64,000 bases of DNA. Origin: Candidatus Beckwithbacteria bacterium. GTDB taxonomy: Bacteria; Patescibacteriota; Microgenomatia; UBA1400; CG1-02-47-37. Below the pieces are notes generated by a model. That model had not been told where the DNA came from and ran no database searches. It saw only the letters and a list, made by a program, of their open reading frames with translations. Positions 51,397 through 59,933 of the stretch are shown here, piece by piece. The stretch covers positions 118,647 to 182,646 of the forward strand of contig JAZDKF010000012.1 of NCBI GenBank assembly GCA_043803225.1. The letters run 5' to 3'. The stretch's first letter is position 1; each line of letters opens with the position of its first letter. The position numbers were made by a program, and so were the translations under genes.

Positions 51397-51971
51397 ACCG
51401 TTTACAGGAAAAATACTTTACCACCATTCTTCCGGCTTTAAAAAAGGAATTAAACTTGACTCACGATCTGGCCGCGCCTCGTTTAGAAAAGATTGTGATT
51501 AACTTAGGGATAAAAGAAGGCGCCGGCGACAAAGGTGTCGCCAAAAAAATCAGCGACTATATGAGTTTAATTGCCGGTCAAAAAGCCGTCGTGACTAAAG
51601 CCAGAAAAGCCGAAGCCGCCTTTAAAATTCGTCAGGGTGATCACATTGGTGTCATGGCCACCTTAAGAGGCGATCGGATGTATGTCTTTTTAGACAAATT
51701 AATTTCTCTGGTTTTACCTCAAGTCAGGGATTTCAAAGGCGTCAGCAAAACTGCTTTTGACGGCCACGGCAACTACTCGCTGGGTTTTCAAGAACAGATT
51801 ATCTTTCCCGAGATTGATTATGATACAATCGACCAGACTCGGGGCTTTCAGGTAACCATAGTTACTTCTACCTCAGATCAAAAGCAAGCCCTTCGTTTAC
51901 TCGAACTGCTCGGCCTGCCTTTTACTAAAGAAGACCCTCAGCCAAAGGCTGATATCTATGGCCAAAATTAA
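51393..51971 (+). CDS. rplE: 50S ribosomal protein L5
   Basis: [27 protein letters not shown]. Confidence 0.98.
   Translation: MNRLQEKYFTTILPALKKELNLTHDLAAPRLEKIVINLGIKEGAGDKGVAKKISDYMSLIAGQKAVVTKARKAEAAFKIRQGDHIGVMATLRGDRMYVFLDKLISLVLPQVRDFKGVSKTAFDGHGNYSLGFQEQIIFPEIDYDTIDQTRGFQVTIVTSTSDQKQALRLLELLGLPFTKEDPQPKADIYGQN
51938..51952. repeat. 15-bp hairpin in the rplE tail / rpsN initiation region
   Basis: tcagcc-aaa-ggctga; same shape as the tuf hairpin. Confidence 0.65.
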
Positions 51972-52146
51972 ATTTCTCGTTAAACAATTAACCAATAAAC
52001 CTAAGTTTTCCACCCGGAGACAAAACCGCTGCAAGCTTTGCGGCCGGCCCCGTGCCTATTTACGGCATTTTGGCCTCTGTCGGTTATGTTTTAGGGAATT
52101 GGCAAACAAAGGTGAACTGCCGGGAGTTACTAAAGCAAGTTGGTAA
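51958..52146 (+). CDS. rpsN: 30S ribosomal protein S14 (zinc-binding type)
   Basis: RCKLCGRPR...LCRLCFRE...KASW. Confidence 0.97.
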   Translation: MAKIKFLVKQLTNKPKFSTRRQNRCKLCGRPRAYLRHFGLCRLCFRELANKGELPGVTKASW

Positions 52147-52151
52147 AAACT

Positions 52152-52541
52152 ATGACCGATCCAATCGCCGATCTTTTAATCAGAATCAAAAATGCCCAAT
52201 TATCCCATCACGCCACTGTCGCTGTGCCTTACTCAATTTTAAAAGAAAATCTGGTAAAAATATTGATTAAAAATGGCTACTTAATCGACTCTAAGGTTGA
52301 GGGTAAAAAACCTCACTTAAGCTTAAAACTAACCTTAAAATATCTTAAACGCCAACCAATCATTCTCCAGGTTAAACGGATTTCCAAGCCCGGCGTCCGC
52401 CACTTTGCCAACCAGACCAATATTAAGCGTTTAACCATTGGCCGGGGCTTGGTCATTCTTTCCACCAACCAAGGTTTAATGACTGCCAAAAAAGCCCATT
52501 CGGCCAAACTTGGCGGCGAAATTATCTGTAAAATTAATTAA
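52152..52541 (+). CDS. rpsH: 30S ribosomal protein S8
   Basis: MTDPIADLLIRIKNA, RISKPG, GGEIIC. Confidence 0.97.
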   Translation: MTDPIADLLIRIKNAQLSHHATVAVPYSILKENLVKILIKNGYLIDSKVEGKKPHLSLKLTLKYLKRQPIILQVKRISKPGVRHFANQTNIKRLTIGRGLVILSTNQGLMTAKKAHSAKLGGEIICKIN

Positions 52542-52544
52542 ATT

Positions 52545-53093
52545 ATGTCCAGAATCGGTTTACAAGCTATCAAAATCCCGGACAACGTCACCGTCACCCT
52601 GCAGCCGGGTTCCATTATTATTGAATCCGGTTCAAACAAGCTGGTTCAACCGATTCACCCCAACATTAAAGTCAGTCAAAAAGACAAAGAAATAATCGTC
52701 GCCATTAAAACTCCCTCTCGCCAGGCTAACGCCCTTCATGGTTTAGTCCGCAGTCTGATTGCTAATATGGTTGAAGGCGTTATTACCGGGTTTTCCAAGA
52801 CCTTAGAAATCCAAGGCACTGGTTTCCGGGTTGCTCCCAAAGGTAATGGTCTTGAATTTTCCCTAGGTTTTTCTCACCCGGTTGTTTACGAACCGCCCCA
52901 GGGAATCAAGCTGGAAATTAAAGATAATAAATTTATTGTTGTCTCCGGGGCTGATAAATATCTGGTCGGCCAAATCGCTGCCAAAATCAGGCATTTCCGT
53001 TCACCCGATGCTTATAAAGGTAAAGGCATCCGTTATCAAGGCGAATTTATTCGCTTAAAACCAGGTAAAGCCGCCAAGGCTGCCGGAGAATAA
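52545..53093 (+). CDS. rplF: 50S ribosomal protein L6
   Basis: [23 protein letters not shown]. Confidence 0.98.
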   Translation: MSRIGLQAIKIPDNVTVTLQPGSIIIESGSNKLVQPIHPNIKVSQKDKEIIVAIKTPSRQANALHGLVRSLIANMVEGVITGFSKTLEIQGTGFRVAPKGNGLEFSLGFSHPVVYEPPQGIKLEIKDNKFIVVSGADKYLVGQIAAKIRHFRSPDAYKGKGIRYQGEFIRLKPGKAAKAAGE

Positions 53094-53094
53094 T

Positions 53095-53412
53095 ATGATT
53101 AAAAGATATAAATCAACTAAACTTCAAAGACAGTATCGCAGCCGCCTCAAAACCAAAGGCACTGGCCAAAAACCTCGCCTCTCGGTTTTTCGGTCCTTAA
53201 AAGCGATTTACGCTCAGGTGATCGATGATGTTAAAGGCGTAACTCTCGCTTCGGCTTCAGGGTCAGACCCTGAAGTGGTCGGTACCAAAGTCGCCGAAAC
53301 TGCTCTCAAGAAAAAAATTGTTACGGTTGTTTTTGACCGCGGTGCTTATAAATATCACGGCTCCATCCGCCGTCTGGCTGACGCCGCTAGGAAGAAAGGC
53401 TTAAAATTCTAA
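53095..53412 (+). CDS. rplR: 50S ribosomal protein L18
   Basis: [27 protein letters not shown]. Confidence 0.97.
   Translation: MIKRYKSTKLQRQYRSRLKTKGTGQKPRLSVFRSLKAIYAQVIDDVKGVTLASASGSDPEVVGTKVAETALKKKIVTVVFDRGAYKYHGSIRRLADAARKKGLKF
53254..53276. repeat. REP-like palindrome inside rplR
   Basis: cttcagggtc-a-gaccctgaag; 18/23 identical to copy 1 with a compensatory arm change. Confidence 0.7.
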
Positions 53413-53413
53413 T

Positions 53414-53872
53414 ATGAATCGTTACGAAGAAGCTAAAGAATTTGAAGAAAAAATTATCCAGATTAACCGCGTTGCCAAAAAAACTAAAGGCGGCAACCAG
53501 TTCGGCTTTTCTATTCTTATGGTCGTCGGTGACAAAAAAGGCCGGGTCGGCGTCGGTTTGGGTAAAGCCCCGGATGTTCTCGCCGGTATTAAAAAAGCCA
53601 TCCGCCGCGCCAAGAAAAGCCTCTTTACGGTCGCGCTTTCCGGTACTACTATTCCTCATGATATCCGGGTCAAGTTCGGCGCCGCTGAACTTCTCTTAAA
53701 ACCCGCGCCTCCTGGCAGCGGCATTATTGCCGGCGGAGCGGTTCGGGCGGTCATGGAAGTCGCCGGAATTAACGACGTTTCCAGCAAAGTCTTAGGCACC
53801 CGCAACAAAGCCTCCAATGTTTATGCTACGATTAAAGCCCTTAAGCTTTTAGTAGGTAAGGAGGCTAAATGA
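53414..53872 (+). CDS. rpsE: 30S ribosomal protein S5
   Basis: [19 protein letters not shown]. Confidence 0.98.
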   Translation: MNRYEEAKEFEEKIIQINRVAKKTKGGNQFGFSILMVVGDKKGRVGVGLGKAPDVLAGIKKAIRRAKKSLFTVALSGTTIPHDIRVKFGAAELLLKPAPPGSGIIAGGAVRAVMEVAGINDVSSKVLGTRNKASNVYATIKALKLLVGKEAK

Positions 53873-54306
53873 AACTTTCTTTACGGCCAAAATCAGTCGC
53901 GCTTTCCAAAAAACGGGTCGGCCGTGGTTATGGTTCTGGAAAAGGCGGTCACACAACTGGTAGGGGGGCTAAAGGCCAAAACATCAGAAGCTCTCGACCG
54001 CTTTACTTTGAAGGCACGTCGATGCGTAAAAGTCTCATTCGCCGCATGCCGATGCTCAGGGGTAAGCTTAAATTTAAATCCTTTAAACCCCACCAAACCA
54101 TTATTATCTCTCTAGACCAGTTAAATGTTTTGCCCAAAAACAGCGAAGTCACCCTGGCCGCTTTAATTAAAGCGAAAATATTACCGGCAAAGCTGGAAAA
54201 ATACCCGATTAAGATTTTAGGCAATGGGGAACTCAAACACTTTTTAAAAATCTCTTTGCCAATTTCTAAAAGTGCCGCCAAAAAGGTTGCCAAACTCAAT
54301 GCCTAA
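53869..54306 (+). CDS. rplO: 50S ribosomal protein L15
   Basis: [26 protein letters not shown]. Confidence 0.96.
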   Translation: MKLSLRPKSVALSKKRVGRGYGSGKGGHTTGRGAKGQNIRSSRPLYFEGTSMRKSLIRRMPMLRGKLKFKSFKPHQTIIISLDQLNVLPKNSEVTLAALIKAKILPAKLEKYPIKILGNGELKHFLKISLPISKSAAKKVAKLNA

Positions 54307-55588
54307 TCCCTTTAGTGCTGTCAAAAATTTATTCAAAATTAAAGAACTCAAACGCAAACTTTTAATTACCCTCGTAATCTTTGTTATTTTTCGCTTTGTT
54401 GCCCACATTCCCGTTCCCGGCATCGACCTAATTGCTTTAAAACAGCTTTTTTCTTCCAATCAACTGCTCGGCATGCTGGATATTTTTTCCGGTGGCACCC
54501 TGGCTAACTTTTCCATTTTAGCCCTGGGCTTAGGCCCGTACATTAACGCTTCGATTGTCTTGCAATTATTAATGATGGTGATGCCGAAACTGGAAGAACT
54601 CAGCAAAGAAGGCGATTTTGGCCGGGAGAAAATTAATCAGTACACCCGGTTATTATCCATTCCTTTGTCTGCCTTTCAGGCAATCGGCATGGCCGCCTTG
54701 CTTAAAAATCAAAATATTTTAACCTTGTCCGGCCCTTTAGACTTAATCAGTATTGTTGTTACCATGGTTACCGGGACTATCTTTTTAATGTGGCTGGGTG
54801 AACTCTTAACTGAGTTTGGCATTGGCAACGGCATCTCTGTTCTGATCTTTGCCGGCATTGTCGGCCGCCTGCCGATCAGCCTGCTCCAAACCGGTTCTAT
54901 TAGCCAAACCCTAAACTTAATGAGTTTAATTGTTTTCTCTGTTCTTGGATTAGCCGTGATTGCCGGTATTGTTTTTGTCAATGAAGCTGTCCGCCAGATT
55001 CCGGTCCGCTATGCCCGCCGCCAGCGCGCCGGCGTCACCAGTACCGGCCAGACTACCTATCTGCCGCTTCGGGTTAACCAAGCCGGCGTCATCCCGATTA
55101 TCTTTGCCGTGTCTTTGGTCATTATGCCCTCTGTTATCGGCGGCTACTTGCAGAAAATGGCCTCGCCACAGTTGGCTGCTATCGCCGCTAAAATTGTCTT
55201 CTTTTTCGACCCGAACCGGGCGCCCTACCACTTAATCTATTTCATCCTGGTCATTGGTTTTACCTACTTTTACACTGCGGTTACCTTTAACCCGGACAAA
55301 ATTTCCGAGGATATTAAAAAATACGGCGGCTTTATTCCCGGTATCAGACCGGGCCGGCCCACTGCCGACTATCTCTCTTACGTTTTAAACCGCATCACCT
55401 TGGCCGGCGCCATTTTTCTTGGCCTGGTAGCCATCCTGCCTTCAATTGCCAGCGGTATCACCGGCATTACCACCCTGACTATTGGCGGCACCGGTATTTT
55501 AATCGTGGTTTCGGTTATCCTGGAAATCAGCAAATCTCTGGAATCTCAGCTTATCATGAGAAATTATGAAGGTTTCTTAAAGGAGTAG
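54299..55588 (+). CDS. secY: Preprotein translocase SecY
   Basis: [34 protein letters not shown] at 54299. Confidence 0.98.
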   Translation: MPNPFSAVKNLFKIKELKRKLLITLVIFVIFRFVAHIPVPGIDLIALKQLFSSNQLLGMLDIFSGGTLANFSILALGLGPYINASIVLQLLMMVMPKLEELSKEGDFGREKINQYTRLLSIPLSAFQAIGMAALLKNQNILTLSGPLDLISIVVTMVTGTIFLMWLGELLTEFGIGNGISVLIFAGIVGRLPISLLQTGSISQTLNLMSLIVFSVLGLAVIAGIVFVNEAVRQIPVRYARRQRAGVTSTGQTTYLPLRVNQAGVIPIIFAVSLVIMPSVIGGYLQKMASPQLAAIAAKIVFFFDPNRAPYHLIYFILVIGFTYFYTAVTFNPDKISEDIKKYGGFIPGIRPGRPTADYLSYVLNRITLAGAIFLGLVAILPSIASGITGITTLTIGGTGILIVVSVILEISKSLESQLIMRNYEGFLKE

Positions 55589-55591
55589 TTT

Positions 55592-56167
55592 ATGTTTATT
55601 ATCTTTTATGGCCCGGAAGGTTCCGGCAAATCCACTCAGGCCAAAATGCTCGCTCAAGACTTGAATCTGCCCTATCTTGGTTCCGGCGATCTGGTCCGGC
55701 ATTATTCTGCTTCAGACAAGGGGATTATGGGCGATATCTGCCGTGAATCCTTAAAACTCGGCCACTATGTTGCTGACTCGGAAATGTTTGTCCTTTGGAA
55801 ACAGCGGCTTAAAGAACCGGACGTTCAAGCTGGTTTTATCATCGACGGCTTTCCCCGGAATCACTCTCAAGCGCTTTTTTTAGACGATAAACTGAATAAA
55901 TATGGTAAAAAAGTCGACTTTGTTTTTTATCTTAATGTTTCTGAAGCCGAATCAGTTAAACGGCTTCTGGCCCGCGCCCGGACCAACCCTGACGGCTCGC
56001 TTCATGACAGCTCGGAGAAAATTAGCCAGCGGTTAAAGATGTACTCTGAACAGGAAGCTGATGTTTTAAAGTTTTATGAAGCTTCAGGCAAACTTCATAA
56101 AATTAACGGCGAGCAAACAATCGAAGCCATCTATCAGGATATTTTAAAAATTGTTAAAACCGCATGA
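55592..56167 (+). CDS. adk: Adenylate kinase
   Basis: GPEGSGKSTQA, GFIIDGFPR; follows secY. Confidence 0.92.
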   Translation: MFIIFYGPEGSGKSTQAKMLAQDLNLPYLGSGDLVRHYSASDKGIMGDICRESLKLGHYVADSEMFVLWKQRLKEPDVQAGFIIDGFPRNHSQALFLDDKLNKYGKKVDFVFYLNVSEAESVKRLLARARTNPDGSLHDSSEKISQRLKMYSEQEADVLKFYEASGKLHKINGEQTIEAIYQDILKIVKTA

Positions 56168-56745
56168 ATTCAGTTACGCCTATTATTGCCATTGTCGGTA
56201 TGCCCGGCTCCGGCAAAACCCTGGCTTGTGATTTTTTGAAAACTAAAGGCTATCCGGTTTTAAGATTTGGCGACGAGACAGACTTAGGGTTAAAAGCTCA
56301 AGGGTTACCCCTGACCGCAGCCAATGAAAAAAACTTCCGGGAAAACTTAAGAAAAGAGTTAGGCATGGCCGCCTATGCCATCAAAATCGCCCCCCGCATT
56401 AAAGCCACATTCCGTACATTCCGTTCCGGATCGGAATGTATTATTTTAGACGGCCTTTACTCTTGGGAAGAGTATTTATATTTAAAAAAACTCTTCCCCC
56501 AGCTGACTCTTTTATGCATCTATGCCCGGCCGGAAATCCGCTACCAGCGTCTGGCAGTTCGGCCGATCCGCCCTCTCACCCTTAAGGAAGCTAGAAAAAG
56601 GGATATTGCCGAACTGGAAAACTTAAACAAAGGCGGCCCCATCGCCATTGCTGATTACTTAATTACCAACAACGCCGACGAACCGACTCTATACCATAAC
56701 CTTGAAAAACTTCTATCTAACAACCTACAAGATCCGTCCTTGTAG
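56164..56745 (+). CDS. P-loop kinase (dephospho-CoA kinase / UPF0200-like)
   Basis: VGMPGSGKT, IILDG, RYQRL, ADYLITNN. Confidence 0.8.
   Translation: MNSVTPIIAIVGMPGSGKTLACDFLKTKGYPVLRFGDETDLGLKAQGLPLTAANEKNFRENLRKELGMAAYAIKIAPRIKATFRTFRSGSECIILDGLYSWEEYLYLKKLFPQLTLLCIYARPEIRYQRLAVRPIRPLTLKEARKRDIAELENLNKGGPIAIADYLITNNADEPTLYHNLEKLLSNNLQDPSL
56407..56440. repeat. In-frame palindrome with adjacent 9-bp tandem duplication
   Basis: acattccgt x2 (56407-56424); tacattccg-ttccggat-cggaatgta (56415-56440). Confidence 0.8.
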
Positions 56746-56746
56746 G
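56724..56746. repeat. REP-like 23-bp palindrome, copy 5
   Basis: cctacaag-atccgtc-cttgtagg; contains TAG stops on both strands. Confidence 0.88.
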
Positions 56747-56903
56747 TCTGGAGGTGTCAAATAAACCTTTAAATAAGATAAGAATGTTTTAATGTTTTAT
56801 AGTCTTGATCATTGTTAAAGATAGCTTGTTTTACCACCCCTCGGTTATACCGATGATAATAACCATCTGCCGAGTACTCTTTCAGAATATTTTTTGCCGG
56901 CAT
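56725..56903 (-). pseudogene. Truncated, frameshifted Y1 HUH transposase (RAYT/TnpA-REP-like) N-terminus
   Basis: MPAKNILKEYSADGYYHRYNRGVVKQAIFNNDQDYKT, then an 8-bp duplication (aatgtttt x2, 56783-56798). Removing one copy gives FLSYLKVYLTPPDLQGRIL*. Confidence 0.85.
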
Positions 56904-56984
56904 TCATTCTAAATATACACCAATAACTCTAATTCTCTATCGCTAAAGTGGTATGTTGGTATGTCAAAATGTTATAATACACCT

Positions 56985-57329
56985 ATGCAGATTGAACAAA
57001 AAGGCACCCCTCCATACACTTTATGGACTGCCGAAACACCAATAGATTATGGAGGTAAAAGTCAGCCTGCTCGATTTGATGAATACCTCGATATGTTTTA
57101 TGGTTTAATTGATTTAACCAACTGTGGCGAAGAAGCTTATAAACCGGAAATTCATATTAAGCCAATCAGAGTAATTGATTCCAAAGAAAAAATTATTTTA
57201 TCTATGGATAATCCTGAGGATGTAAATTTAATAAAACTGGTTATTCAATCACTTAATGCAATGGATCAGATAGAAGTTGTTAAAAAGCCTCAACCGATTT
57301 CCCCTATAATAAATAACTATCAGGTATAA
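56985..57329 (+). CDS. Hypothetical protein
   Basis: Start at ATG 56985, 6 nt after TGtTATAAT; AT-rich orphan. Confidence 0.65.
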   Translation: MQIEQKGTPPYTLWTAETPIDYGGKSQPARFDEYLDMFYGLIDLTNCGEEAYKPEIHIKPIRVIDSKEKIILSMDNPEDVNLIKLVIQSLNAMDQIEVVKKPQPISPIINNYQV

Positions 57330-57337
57330 TTTCTTAT

Positions 57338-58054
57338 ATGTCAGAAGGAAAATTCGATTTAAAAATAGGAACACCCAAAGAAAAATTTTCCGATGCTTTA
57401 AATGCATATTTTACTCTAACTTCATATAATGGAAGAGAAGATCTATTTCAACAACAAACAGCAACTCAAACCATAACTGATCCCACAGCCGAATTCTTCT
57501 ACGATACAGTTAAAAGGAGCGCCTGGAAATTGGCCAAAGAAGAGGGGAAATATCCACAAGCCATAGAAATGGTTAGAACAAACTTAAATAATCTTAATGC
57601 ACAGGGTTTTAATGATCATGACAATAAAGCAATAACAATCTTTTTCTTAAGAAGGATAGGAAGCATTTTTGAACACCAGGCTACTTTTGCTGAAAAAGAT
57701 AAACCACATGATGATTCAACCAGAAAAGCTCATTTTTTTTCTGCAGCTTATTATTACATGCTTGGGGATATTGAGCTAGGAGTCATGACAGAATATTCTG
57801 GGAGAATATCTGAAAGTCTAAGAGGTGCTGGATTTTTTGAGCAAGCAGCGGAATTTGATACAGCATTTTGGAAACAAAAAAAGGTTTATGTTGGTGAAAA
57901 ACAGGTAGATAAATTAAGAGGTAGAGGTAGTAGAAGAAGCAATGTTTCTGTAGCGGAAGAGAGTGGAGCTGTGAAAATTGAAGAATGGTTAGATGAATTA
58001 CCGGACAATTTCGATGATATTATTCAAAACGATAACCCTCCCTCTGGCAAATAA
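57338..58054 (+). CDS. Hypothetical alpha-helical protein
   Basis: 238-aa A-rich ORF; TATAAT 7 nt upstream. Confidence 0.7.
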   Translation: MSEGKFDLKIGTPKEKFSDALNAYFTLTSYNGREDLFQQQTATQTITDPTAEFFYDTVKRSAWKLAKEEGKYPQAIEMVRTNLNNLNAQGFNDHDNKAITIFFLRRIGSIFEHQATFAEKDKPHDDSTRKAHFFSAAYYYMLGDIELGVMTEYSGRISESLRGAGFFEQAAEFDTAFWKQKKVYVGEKQVDKLRGRGSRRSNVSVAEESGAVKIEEWLDELPDNFDDIIQNDNPPSGK

Positions 58055-58087
58055 ATAGCCATCTGTTATAATACTTCTTATTACCTC

Positions 58088-58318
58088 ATGCCATTAACCG
58101 ACCCCAAAGAAATCATTGAAGCCGAAGGCGAAGTCTTAGAAGCTTTGCCCAACGCCACCTTCAGAGTCAAACTTAACAACTCAGATAAAATTGCCCTTTG
58201 TCATTTGGCGGGCAAGATGCGCCTCTACCGCATCCGCGTCCTCCCCGGCGACCAGGTCAAGATCGAACAGAGCCCGTACGACACCACCAAGGGCCGTATT
58301 GTGTATCGCAGTAAATAG
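58088..58318 (+). CDS. infA: Translation initiation factor IF-1
   Basis: [32 protein letters not shown]. Confidence 0.98.
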   Translation: MPLTDPKEIIEAEGEVLEALPNATFRVKLNNSDKIALCHLAGKMRLYRIRVLPGDQVKIEQSPYDTTKGRIVYRSK

Positions 58319-58354
58319 TGTATAATTGGGCTTCGTTTTGATATCTATAAATAA

Positions 58355-58383
58355 AAGGAGAAGCCAACCCTGGTTATCTCCTT
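58355..58383 (+). promoter_or_regulatory. Hairpin sequestering AAGGAG upstream of rpmJ
   Basis: aaggaga...tctcctt outer stem followed by T-rich run; TATAAT at 58321. Confidence 0.5.
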
Positions 58384-58395
58384 GATTTTTTTATT

Positions 58396-58509
58396 ATGAA
58401 GGTTCAGGCCTCAGTCAAAAAACGCTGTTTAAAGTGCAAAATAGTCCGCCGCAAAGGCCGGGTTTATGTTATTTGTACCAACCCGCGCCACAAACAGCGT
58501 CAAGGTTAA
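58396..58509 (+). CDS. rpmJ: 50S ribosomal protein L36 (not in ORF track)
   Basis: [37 protein letters not shown]. Confidence 0.98.
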   Translation: MKVQASVKKRCLKCKIVRRKGRVYVICTNPRHKQRQG

Positions 58510-58513
58510 ATTT

Positions 58514-58939
58514 ATGCCTAGAATTTCCGGTATCGACATTCCTGCCTCTAAACGCACTGAGATTGCTCTCACCTATATTTTTGGTGTCGGCCGCCAAAAC
58601 GTCGGCAAAATTCTTAAATTAGCTAATATCGATCCTGATAAACGGGCAAAAGATTTGACTTCAGATGAGATCGGCCGGATTCAAAAAGCCCTGGATACGA
58701 TTCCGACCGAAGGTCCTTTAAGAACCAGTATTTTAGAAAATATTAAACGCTTAAAACAAATCGGCACTTACCGCGGTCTCCGCCACAGTGCTCAGCTGCC
58801 GGCCCGCGGCCAGCGCACCCGCCACAACGCCCGGACTAAACGGGGTAAACGGATGACTGTCGGCGCTCTAAAGAAAGAAGAAGCTGCTAAAGTCGAAGCC
58901 GCTAAAGCCGAAACCGCTAAACAGGAAGAGAAAAAATAA
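58514..58939 (+). CDS. rpsM: 30S ribosomal protein S13
   Basis: MPRISGIDIP, YRGLRH, RGQRTRHNARTKRG. Confidence 0.98.
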   Translation: MPRISGIDIPASKRTEIALTYIFGVGRQNVGKILKLANIDPDKRAKDLTSDEIGRIQKALDTIPTEGPLRTSILENIKRLKQIGTYRGLRHSAQLPARGQRTRHNARTKRGKRMTVGALKKEEAAKVEAAKAETAKQEEKK

Positions 58940-58940
58940 T

Positions 58941-59312
58941 ATGCTAAAGAAAGAAGTTACCAGAAACATTAAAACCGGCAATCTGTATATCACCGCTACC
59001 TTTAACAATACTTTAGCCACAATTACCGACACCAATGGCAATGTAGTTTGCTGGGGGTCAACCGGACTCTCTGGTTTTAAAGGCGCCCGAAAATCCACCC
59101 CTTTTGCCGCCACTACCGCTATTGAAAGCGTCGTCAAAAAAGCCAAAGATTTCGGGCTATCCAGCCTTCAGGTTTTTATCAAAGGTCCTGGTGCCGGCCG
59201 CGATGCGGTTTTAGGGGTGATTAAAGCTAGTGGTTTAAAAGTTACCCTAATTGCCGATATTACTCCAATGGCCCATAACGGCTGCCGGGCCAGAAAGCGC
59301 CGCCACGGTTAA
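58941..59312 (+). CDS. rpsK: 30S ribosomal protein S11
   Basis: TFNNT, GFKGARKSTPFAA, HNGCR. Confidence 0.98.
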   Translation: MLKKEVTRNIKTGNLYITATFNNTLATITDTNGNVVCWGSTGLSGFKGARKSTPFAATTAIESVVKKAKDFGLSSLQVFIKGPGAGRDAVLGVIKASGLKVTLIADITPMAHNGCRARKRRHG

Positions 59313-59318
59313 AAACCT

Positions 59319-59927
59319 ATGTCCAGAACTATAAAATCCCGTTCCAAAATCGTCAGAAAATTCAATGAAAATATTTTTGGCCAGAAAAAGTTTGATAAAA
59401 TTCTGGCAAAAAAACCCGCGCCTCCGGGCATGCATGGTAAAAAACTCCGCCGCCGGACCTCTGACTTTGGCCAACAGTTAAAAGAAAAACAAAAACTTCG
59501 GGCTATCTACGATATCGGTGAAGCCCAATTTCGTGGTTACTACACTTCCGCCCGTAAAACTCAAGCCGCCACCGGTGAAAAACTGCTTCAGATTCTTGAA
59601 TCCCGTCTGGATAATCTTATTTTTCGTTCTGGTTTTGCCTCCACCCGGGCCTTTGCCCGCCAATTGGTCAACCACGGCCATGTTTTGGTTGATAATACCA
59701 AAAACTCAGTTCCTTCAGCCATAATCAGAGTTGGTCAAGTGATTAGTATTACTCCTAAAACTGCCAAAATTCCTCTCGTCAAACAAATGCTGGAAAACAA
59801 AGATATCAATGTGCCTAAATGGCTCAAACGCCAGGCTTTAGCCGCCAAGTTTGAGCGTTTCCCGACCCGGGAAGAAATCGACGTCAACATTCAAGAACAA
59901 TTAATAGTTGAGTTCTACTCAAGATAG
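59319..59927 (+). CDS. rpsD: 30S ribosomal protein S4
   Basis: QLKEKQKLR, LESRLDN, ARQLVNHGH, IVEFYSR. Confidence 0.98.
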   Translation: MSRTIKSRSKIVRKFNENIFGQKKFDKILAKKPAPPGMHGKKLRRRTSDFGQQLKEKQKLRAIYDIGEAQFRGYYTSARKTQAATGEKLLQILESRLDNLIFRSGFASTRAFARQLVNHGHVLVDNTKNSVPSAIIRVGQVISITPKTAKIPLVKQMLENKDINVPKWLKRQALAAKFERFPTREEIDVNIQEQLIVEFYSR

Positions 59928-59933
59928 GAGACT

